Positions 51,301-59,121 of a DNA stretch of 64,000 nucleotides are shown here, piece by piece. The number at the start of each line of letters is the position of its first letter. Within the stretch, counting starts at the first letter, position 1. The stretch covers positions 22,072,001 through 22,136,000 of the forward strand of contig OZ281495.1 in NCBI GenBank assembly GCA_965637545.1, read 5' to 3'. The notes under the pieces are model-generated. The model was not told where the DNA came from. It saw nothing but the letters and a program-made list of their open reading frames with translations, and did no database searches. This DNA is from Phallusia mammillata (taxonomy: Eukaryota). The translations under genes were made by a program, and so were the position numbers.

Positions 51301-54062
51301 TGCGGGTGTACAACCGGGTGATGCGGCAGGTACCAAACAGCGCCATCTTCCGGCTCCTTGTCGTCGCACTTCAAACGTCTGGCATATCCCTCGTTCAAGT
51401 ACGTATCCAACGTTTGCTTGTACTTCTCATACAGCTGCGAATCAGTTTCCAATCGCCGTTTCAAGTATGACAAACGCTTCATTGCCATAGCACGGTTATT
51501 TGGCAAGTTTGGAGCACCTGGTCTCCATGGCATTCGCAGTTGGTAGTGTCCGTCATGACACTTCACTGAGCTTTCCATCTGTTTCAATGCGTACCTGTCT
51601 TCTTTCGACAGTGTCGTTCCGGGTGACAACGCGGTTTGGCCAAAGTCGCTTTCCCACATGCATTTTATCTGTTGGTGCAACGTTTCGTCCTGCGAGGTTA
51701 CAAAATTCACCCGTATCTGTGAACTTCTTGAACCATTACTACGACATGGACCTACAAGCGACCAACCGAGCATAGAACGCACGGCACTTGGCTCCTTTCT
51801 TCCGCCTCTTCGTTCATCATTTATCCAGAACACCTCGGGAACGTTTGCTCCAATCAGCAACATGACTTCCCCAAGGGGCAAGACAGGAAACTCTAAATTA
51901 CGCAAGTGAGGCCATCGCCAAAGCGACCCTTCCGGTATTCTGTTTGGGGAGACTGGCAAACTGTCCACGCTCAAAACGTCGTTTAATCGTACGGATTGCT
52001 TCCCGTCGAGCGACGCCACCGTTAAATCGACGGCCAAACCCTCTCTTCTCTGTGACCTATCACTGACAGTGGTCAAGGAGTACGTTGTCTTTCTCCCCCC
52101 GACGTCCAGCTGCTTGATCAGTCGTTTGTCACACAAGGTTGTAGTCGATCCTTGGTCCAAAAAGGCGTAAGTTTCCAGCTTTCTGCCATTACTGGCTGTA
52201 ACCTTTACCGGCACTATGTTAAGGTACACACTCTCTGCATGAGTGCTCATGCAAGTCCAGGTGACAGTTGCATTTGATGATGTCGGTTTCTCTTCTGAGG
52301 CCTGCGTAGACGCTTCGCGTACGGGTGCAGTTGAAGAAGTCTTCCATTCTGTCCAGTGCAGAAGGTTGTGATGCTTTCCACGGCATCCGCCGATGGTGCA
52401 AGAGCTTGGTAAACTACATGTTCTTGCTATATGACCCTTTACGAAACAATTGTCACACAGCCGAACTTGACGCAGAAACTTTCTTCGCTCTACAAAGGTC
52501 TTCCGTTTGAACACGTCGCAATTGCCAAGGTCGTGCGATTTACTGCACAAAGGACATCCCTGCTTCTGAGGACTTCTAGGTTCAGCCTTACGCTCGTTTC
52601 CCGGAGCAACCGATGTCGCATGAGTCGATGCTCTTGTCCTCGTCGTAGGAGATTTGCTGCGCCTTTTCTGCGTATCTCTGTCCTTCCGAGGACCCAACAC
52701 TCGACCAAACATCGTGGTTCCAATGTACGCTTCTTTCTTAACGAATTCAACAAGGTGACAGAAACGAGGCTCTTCCCCATTCCTTTCAATTTTAGCAGCA
52801 TGTCTTCTCCATTGACTTTGCAGTGCAAACGGCAATCGCTTTATTATATTCAGCATATTTTCAAAATTGTTGATGTCTGCGAAGTATCCCAGATGAGTCA
52901 GGGTCACCAGACACTCTTCTAATGCCTGTGCTAGATCTATCAGTCCGTCAGTATCATCGGATTTCAGATAAGGCCAGTGACTTAGCTTATCCACGTACGC
53001 ACGTGCGACTATGATAGGACGTCCATACCGCTTGAATAACAAATCGCGAGCCCTTCGGTAACCTTCCGGAGGGTCAAGGCCAATGCAAAAGGCAATCATT
53101 GCATGTGCTTCTTTTCGACAGTATTGGATCAGATAATTAAGCTTCACACTGTCGCTGTCTACCCGCCGACCAATATTTTCGTCAAAGCTTATCATGAAAC
53201 GCGTGTACATTAGCGGATCACCATCAAAATACAATAGCTGTGGCCTGGGAAGCTCCATCCCTGCCTTTAAGACTGCAGCAACACGACACAGGTCACTCAC
53301 CTCCGGCTCATGATTCAGTGCTTCCGTTTTTGGTTTAGGTTCGCAACGCGAGGAGGACGGAATGTCCGTTACCTGCGCTTCTGAACTGCTTCTGTTAATA
53401 ATGCTGGAGTCTGATGCTTGCTTTTCCTCTTTTACTACTTCGGGTTTGGTCTCAGGTGAGAAGAGGACTGGTAATTCAACTTGCTTCTCTGGCTGAAATC
53501 CAGCGAAACATGATCCCGATGAAGACGTTCTTTCCCATAACTCAGCTGCCACTGTGGCAGCCTTTATTTTATGGTCAGCTTCCAGAAGTTTTAACTGATT
53601 TTCTGTTTCCATCCTTTTTTGCAGAAACTCCTTTTCCAGCAGCGCGACTTCCTTATTTACCAGCGCCTCAGTACGTCTGCAACTCGACCTCGAACTTGTA
53701 TGTGAACCAATTCTACTTCTAGAACCAAAATCGCTGACAGACGGTTCCTTGCTCGAGTGTTCAGGCGGTTTGGAACGCCTTACTTCCTCTAACCATTCTT
53801 CTGTGCGCGCATCAAATTCTTGCTTGCCACTTCGCAAACTTGAGAGCGCAGCATTAATTTTTCTTCTATCTTTTTTCTTTTTTACAAAATCCAGTCGTGT
53901 TGTGTGTTTGCCAACACATTCGTCGTACAAAACATCAATGGATGAAGTCTTCTCTTTTAACTGTTGCACATTCGAGGAATCAATCATAATTTCCTCTGCA
54001 TCTTGATATGCCAAGTTCAGTCGTTTAACTAAATTGTCAAGAGTGTGTTGAGATTCAACCAT
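48321..54062 (-). CDS. BEL/Pao Gag-Pol polyprotein (~1913 aa from the ATG at 54062)
   Basis: Gag with three zinc knuckles (CPLCSKSHDLGNC, CDNCFVKGHIARTC, CTIGGCRGKHH); protease AFLDQGST; RT YVDD; RNase H HHFADAS / WTDS; integrase H..H..C..C with GVDYFGP, SDNGTNF and GGVWERL; C-terminal GRIVETYPDKSGFVR typical of BEL/Pao. Confidence 0.97.
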   Translation of the reverse strand: MVESQHTLDNLVKRLNLAYQDAEEIMIDSSNVQQLKEKTSSIDVLYDECVGKHTTRLDFVKKKKDRRKINAALSSLRSGKQEFDARTEEWLEEVRRSKPPEHSSKEPSVSDFGSRSRIGSHTSSRSSCRRTEALVNKEVALLEKEFLQKRMETENQLKLLEADHKIKAATVAAELWERTSSSGSCFAGFQPEKQVELPVLFSPETKPEVVKEEKQASDSSIINRSSSEAQVTDIPSSSRCEPKPKTEALNHEPEVSDLCRVAAVLKAGMELPRPQLLYFDGDPLMYTRFMISFDENIGRRVDSDSVKLNYLIQYCRKEAHAMIAFCIGLDPPEGYRRARDLLFKRYGRPIIVARAYVDKLSHWPYLKSDDTDGLIDLAQALEECLVTLTHLGYFADINNFENMLNIIKRLPFALQSQWRRHAAKIERNGEEPRFCHLVEFVKKEAYIGTTMFGRVLGPRKDRDTQKRRSKSPTTRTRASTHATSVAPGNERKAEPRSPQKQGCPLCSKSHDLGNCDVFKRKTFVERRKFLRQVRLCDNCFVKGHIARTCSLPSSCTIGGCRGKHHNLLHWTEWKTSSTAPVREASTQASEEKPTSSNATVTWTCMSTHAESVYLNIVPVKVTASNGRKLETYAFLDQGSTTTLCDKRLIKQLDVGGRKTTYSLTTVSDRSQRREGLAVDLTVASLDGKQSVRLNDVLSVDSLPVSPNRIPEGSLWRWPHLRNLEFPVLPLGEVMLLIGANVPEVFWINDERRGGRKEPSAVRSMLGWSLVGPCRSNGSRSSQIRVNFVTSQDETLHQQIKCMWESDFGQTALSPGTTLSKEDRYALKQMESSVKCHDGHYQLRMPWRPGAPNLPNNRAMAMKRLSYLKRRLETDSQLYEKYKQTLDTYLNEGYARRLKCDDKEPEDGAVWYLPHHPVVHPQKPGKVRVVFDCAARYHNISLNDQLLQGPDLLNSLFGTLVRFRQEPVAFVADVEAMFHQVKVDPIDASALRFVWWPEGDLSREPVDYQMLVHIFGAASSPCCAGYCLQKTAEDNKAKFSSEAVSTVKQNFYVDDCLKSVRKEDDAIKLAGELRELLQLGGFRLRKWVSNSERVLSSVPTEDRSVQSIILNVDVKHMERVLGVLWNFRSDVFEFDVKVKKKPVTRRGILSVVSSLFDPLGFVAPVILHARKLLQELCKENYGWDQEVPPDIEKRWNAWISELPGLSEIKIKRCFQTTGLEVKTHELHHFADASSCGYGTVAYLRTMDEQGNVHCSFVTGKARLAPLKMVSIPRLELTAATLAVKMDQVLRQELDLDIGRSVFWTDSTAVLQSIYNVNKRFCTFFANRLAKIEEGSDASQWKHVPTALNPADDASRGCTVKAFLQNKRWFTGPSFLGSDERHWPTNPVNTKDVPEEYLNMKPKKMLAVHVAEEQCLFDDLICRYSSWKKLKKAVAWLQRFVDYLRSKKNQHLSKRLTVADLESAELAIVKYVQGRQFSDEIEALCKCEDLDRTGKKKVMKKLPSKALHRLNPVLIGGVLRVGGRLERAPIPFEIKHPMILPNAHHITTLIIRETHANVCHSGMSHTWAIVRQRYWIVRGGVAVRRILGNCVFCRRRNASVSKQMMADLPVERTTPGEPPFSSVGVDYFGPILVKQGRSEVKRYGCIFTCMTVRAVHLEVAHSLSTDSFIEAFRRFIGRRGKPRRIFSDNGTNFVGAERILRESLEKWNQTHIEERLRQWGVDWSFNPPAASHMGGVWERLIRSVRKILNVLLGQQVPSDETLSTLLVEVEFILNSRPLTPISLDPADREPLTPNHLLLIGRHDISPPGVFVKEDNYVRRHWRQVQYLADQFWVRWTNEYLLTLQTRQKWQFPEENLDAGDLVLLVDNSAPRGKWLTGRIVETYPDKSGFVRSALVKTHVGSFKRPIAKLCLIMKA

Positions 54063-54084
54063 CTTGATAGCTCTACCAACGATG

Positions 54085-54322
54085 TTAGAAAGTTCGAAGT
54101 TGAAAACCTTTATTTTCAACGAGTTGAAAAACTTTATTTTTCAGAGGCTTCCGTAGATTAAACACTTTGTTTTCAATCAGTTGAAAAACTTTATTTTTCA
54201 TCAGTTTTTCCGTAAGTTGAAAAACTTTATTTTTCAACGATTTCCGTAGGTTGAACACTTTGTGTTCCAAAGTTGAAAAACTTGATTTTTCAACAGTTTT
54301 TCCGTAAGTTGAAAAACTTTAA
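54085..54322 (-). repeat. Array of ~8 GTTGAAAAACTT-containing, self-complementary units in the retrotransposon leader
   Basis: Units such as gttgaaaaa-cttta-tttttcaac form 9-bp hairpins. The array abuts the 5' LTR. Confidence 0.85.
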
Positions 54323-54999
54323 TGTAACGACCGCTAGGTGCGCAGCCTGGCCCTGCGCCGTTCGTCACACTAAAGTTTTTTTTTTTTTTTTTTTTTTTTG
54401 CAACGAATGTTCTTTTTTGGCGATAAAAGGCAACGCTGACGAATAAACCAAGACGACAACGTCAATAGCAACGGCAACGGTTTTTCTGTGACCACAAATA
54501 ACATACATAAGCCAGACGTACACATTATGACGTCATAGCGACCATCAAACAATAAGCAGTTTTAACAGTACACACAAGGTTTTAAACTAAATCTACATTA
54601 ATCGGTCATATTTTACATTAGATTACTTCCAAATTACTCATAACAAGTCAAGTTACTGTTAAAATACACATTAACACAAGTTAAACACAAATCAAGCAAA
54701 AACATAAAACATACCAACTGTTGGGTAACCAGGGCTTTACTAGCACGCGGCTAGAGGTTCCACAACTGACAATTCAGCATTTTAGCTATTGCTCTTAACA
54801 TTTACAGTTTCACTTATTCAAATAGAATCAAGAAATTAGGATAAATTCACTTAAATTGACTGCAAACCTAGCAACTAACGCAGCTCACAAAAACGTGGCG
54901 TTCAAAGCACATGCTCTGTCGCGGATGAATATTTCAATACGTCACGAATAAAGGAGAACTTAAATCAGCGAAGCGGAACAATTAATTCTCGCTGTAACA
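54323..54999 (-). repeat. 5' LTR (677 bp)
   Basis: By eye it is identical to the 3' LTR except for one substitution (ctgtgacc vs ctgtaacc) and a 64-bp segment replaced by aag plus a T run. Confidence 0.97.
54813..54828 (-). other. Exact ascidian spliced-leader exon inside the 5' LTR (LTR nt 172-187)
   Basis: The + strand reads cttattcaaatagaat. Confidence 0.85.
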
Positions 55000-55743
55000 C
55001 TATGGTCAATGTGTAGACTATGGTAAAGCAACAATGAAAATGAATTTTCAAACTTTCTGCATTATTTTCTTTGTGTTTGGCCAACAGTGAATTGCAAAAT
55101 AGATTACATGTGGTGGTATCCCTTCAGCATCCCTGGAGAACAAATGTTCTTATTTGCAAAATGAAAGACATTGTGTTATCTTTTACAAGTTTGGTTCTGC
55201 TGTGTTTTATACTGGAATTTAAAATTGTGTATGACGTTTTTACCAACTATGTACTGCATTTTAATTTGCTGCAAAATAAAAATAATGCAACAGTTTTTTT
55301 TTTATGTAACATTGCTCTACAAGTTAAAAGTGAGCAGTAAAAAGCTCAAACAAGCTATAGCAAATATCAACATTTTATGCAGCCAAAAAATTTTACTGGA
55401 TTAACTCCACATTGGGTATAAGATTAGAAATTTGGATTGTAGCTAGGAACCAACATTGGCCCCAATTAAAATAATATTTTGTATAATGTCAAACACTCAA
55501 AACCCTAACTATTTAACTTTAATGTCGGACAGCGACCCTCTTTTTCATTTATCCTTGCATATTTACATATAAATGCTAAGATTTTATTTAAAAAGATCAC
55601 TAAAAATATTCAAACAGACAGCAAAAAAGGTTTATACCGCATCATTTACCCTGTAACAAGTAGCAAATAGCCTAAACAAGTAATGCCGGAGTGTGGTTAT
55701 GACGTCATAAGCGCGTTTCATTTTGATTGTTATTTTTGTATAT

Positions 55744-55810
55744 CAACCGTAACTCAGGACCTGCCGCTTTACATTAAGTGCTTACCATTGGCCGTAGGCT
55801 ACGTCACGCT
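55744..55810 (-). repeat. Short tRNA-like repeat; inverted partner at 46084-46474 is interrupted by a MITE
   Basis: ggccaatggtaagcacttaatgtaaagcggcaggtcctgagttacggttg versus ggccgtggtaagcacttaatg[MITE]taaagtggcaggtcctgagttaccgttg. It has degenerate A-box and B-box-like segments. Confidence 0.5.
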
Positions 55811-56035
55811 TTGAATTAGAAAAAAAAATAAACACATTTTTTGCAACAACTCAAATAGGCCTATAATTACCTTTTTCAGTCAGTTTTATTTCACAGTGAC
55901 AATATTTGATGATGTTTCAGCAATTTCTTCATACATACAGACTATGACACCGCATAGAAAAGTTCGGGCTTAAGTGATATGAATAAGTCCACTTTGTTCT
56001 TAATATAGGTGAACTCGTCTATATCTCCTCAAAAC

Positions 56036-56459
56036 TAGTGATGCACCGAAGTTTCGGTTGGCCGAAACATTTCGGCCGAATAAGCTGTTTTTCGATGTTT
56101 CGGTTTCGGCCCGAACTTTTTTGAAAATTCGGCCGAAACCGAACTTTTTGATTGCATGGAATTAATACCCAAACTTTCATTTTCGCCAATACGAAACATC
56201 ATAAATTAACTATTTGTTGTATCTATAAAATACTTGCTACATTGTCTGCGAAATATTACAAGTTTTGTGAAGTATTCGCATTGTAAAAGTAGTTTTGGCT
56301 TTTCATAATTGAGTTCACTTGCATCAACAACACACGGTTCAGTTAAAAACACCCATAAGAAATGCGGTTTTAGGTTCGGCCTGATTTTTTAGGTTCGGCC
56401 TGATTGCCGAATATTCGGTTTCGGCCCGAACCTTTTTAGGCGGGTTCGGTGCATCACTA
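56036..56459. mobile_element. hAT MITE, 424 bp, with subterminal TTCGGCCGAA-type repeats
   Basis: TIRs TAGTGATGCACCGAA / TTCGGTGCATCACTA; perfect TSD ctcaaaac. Confidence 0.92.
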
Positions 56460-57492
56460 CTCAAAACAACTATTAACTTACAAGACATGAGTGGATCAAA
56501 ACCAAATAGTTTGCAGTATTTGTGTTTTCTGGATGCAACAGGTTTAGATATTTTAAATTGGCGATACGGAACGTTTAGGCATAAGTTTCGTAGCACTAAA
56601 AAACTTCGGTTTGTGAAAAACGTCCAGCCTGAAACCGTTACAACACCCAAACAGGCGCAAATCAATTGCAACAACTTTTGGGGTACCGTTTTTCTCGTCC
56701 AACTTATTTTGTTTTGCTGACGTCACACAAACAGCAGACATAAAAAAAACATCTAACGCATTGATTAATGTATGCAATTGAAAATACAATACCTACATAA
56801 GATGTAGTCAATTGACTTTTAAAGTTTGATACAGAACACTTTCGAACACAGAATATTTGTTTAATGTATAGGCTACTATTTATGCAAGAAAGTTCATGGC
56901 AATTTACACTTTGCAATAGCAAACCCGCACTAACACATTTTCACCTAGTTTTGCAGGAAGACTTTTTAGCATTTCTCTAAAAAATTCGTGGACAAATAGT
57001 TGTTTCACAGAGACAGATAGTTGTTTGTGGACAGATAGTTGTTTGAAAGTAACTTAGGTTTGTAATATGTGACACAGGTTTGTAATAAGTAACATGATAA
57101 AAGAGGGTTATGCTCGGTATAGGGGAAAATCTGTCGTAAAGTAATTCCGTGCGGTGTTTAGGGCCACACGACTGTCTTAAAACTAAAAGATGTTTAGATT
57201 AGCAATAGTTGGCGACGTCTGATCATGTTTCATCATTTTAAACGTAAAATTATTTAACACCATACATCAAGGCAGCCACATAACTTAGCTTAATTTCGAG
57301 AAGTGTTTTAAAGAGCACGAACACCTATTTAAAACGGTACATCTTCAAAAATGCTAACACTTAGGGATTTTTTTATGGGGCTTGGTAAGGTATTATCCTT
57401 GGTTCCTATGTGGCGTCAGTGGTGTTTGTGAGATATGGTATTAGTTGACCTTCCTGTTTAAATGCGCTCCAAGTTACCTCAAACCAGAAAAC

Positions 57493-57913
57493 CAGCGGTT
57501 CCCAAACTGGGGTCCGCGGTCCTTTAGGGGTCCGTGAGGCAATTTTGGGGGGACCGCGAAGCGATTGAAGTAATTCTATAATCATATTTAGCGTCAGTTT
57601 GTGCCACTAAATAAGTGTAAATCAAATTAGAATGGAGAATCGACTGTCTCTATTGCCAAACAATAGCCTTTATTGCATGACAACTATCAAAAATGCAATT
57701 GTTCGCGCACAATTGTAATGCTTTTTGTCTTGTCTGTGATGTCACAAGCTGTCTTTGGATCATTATTATGCGCAATTTTGCATAACTAGGTAAAATCCTG
57801 CAATCAAGTTTCGTTTTTCTGAAATACACATTCCAGCTAAAGGACCGCGAGCCCTCGAAATAATGGCAAAGGGACCGTTTTGAAAAAATAATGAAAAAGT
57901 TTGGGAACCACTG
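57493..57913. mobile_element. hAT MITE, 421 bp, same family as 38778-39231 in the opposite orientation
   Basis: TIRs CAGCGGTTCCCAAAC / GTTTGGGAACCACTG; TSD degraded (cagaaaac / agctaaac). Confidence 0.8.
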
Positions 57914-59121
57914 AGCTAAACCGACATGAAAGATCGACTCTGACTATATAATTTCAATGCTCAATTAGTCAGGAAGATAGCTAAATTTAACGGGCATTTT
58001 TCAGAAAACCTGAAACTTAAGTCCAATTGAAATATTTTGTGGCTAGTAAAGTTTAAAGAGGTAAAGTTAATATTAATTGTTTCTTTAACTTTAAACGTAA
58101 AGAGGGAGTATTCGACGCAATATCTAATAATAACGAAGGTCTGGATTTTCTATTTCTTTCTATTAAAAGGATGAAATTCAAAGCAAAAACCATAGGCTAC
58201 AGCAGAGGTAACCCGACTTTTTTACAGCGTACCGAAATTTAATAGTAGTTTACAAACCGGCCACCTGCATGTTTCAAACTTGATCAGCGAATCGATTTTA
58301 GTGGATATAAATAGTCTTTTTCAATAATATTTCCTGTGACTCGACTGTTAAAATGGTATAGTTGCTCTCATTTACCGAGCAATGCTCCTTCATTACGTAT
58401 ACAACAAAAGAAACCGATTGTTCACACACAATTAATGCTTTCTTGTCAGTGATGTGACAAACTGCTTTTGGATCCTCCGCGTTGTAATTCTATGAGAATG
58501 GTGAAATTAATGCTATATGTTGGTGCAGAAAAACTTTCATAAGAACTATAATAATTTTTGATGTTAAAACACAGTTACAAACACGATCTTTCAAACCAAA
58601 AAATACGGTAGGAGGCCGGAATACCATCTGGTGGGCCGGATCCGGCCCGTAGTTAGGTGGTCCTTGGGCTACGGTTTAAATCAAAAAAATGGCAGTAAAT
58701 ACGTGTTGGTTGTTTTAATTAAACAATATCCTGTTTATTGTCATAGATTCATTTATGCATTGTGTGTTCTGATCGACATCAAGTAACAGATAATATGCAG
58801 TTAATTGTGTTTGTTTATTTCTGTTCCCGCGGCTTGCTAAATTTTATAATTTCATAAATTTGTTATCTTGTTAGTCGTTTATTTGTAAACATACACATAT
58901 AATTCATCGTATCACGCATGTAAGGAAATCTTTGTTTGCTCTTCTCTCGGCCGTTGCATGTTTCTTTGTTGTTTTAAAGGAAATTTAACGTTGTTACCAT
59001 TTGTGACGACAATGGTAAATAATTTCATAAGGATGAGAATTTTAACCATAACCACGCATATAATGACGTACAAATGAAAAAAAATTTTCTGTACAATTCC
59101 TTGAATCCTAATCTTCAACAT

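Larger units (their letters stand above)
47516..54999 (-). mobile_element. Full-length BEL/Pao LTR retrotransposon, 7484 bp
   Basis: Two TG..CA LTRs; 5-bp TSD ctatg (47511-47515, 55000-55004); uninterrupted gag-pol ORF with PR-RT-RH-IN order; PPT next to the 3' LTR. Confidence 0.97.

Noticed and set aside
48458-54006. Antisense and alternate-frame ORFs within gag-pol
   Set aside because: All are under 170 aa with no motifs, as expected opposite a long GC-richer ORF.
54300-54828. Tf1-style self-priming by the SL pairing with the sequence after the 5' LTR
   Set aside because: Only about 5 contiguous nt (TTGAA) are complementary, which is too weak to support.
55744-55810. Functional tRNA gene
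   Set aside because: No complete cloverleaf or GTTCGA T-loop could be formed.
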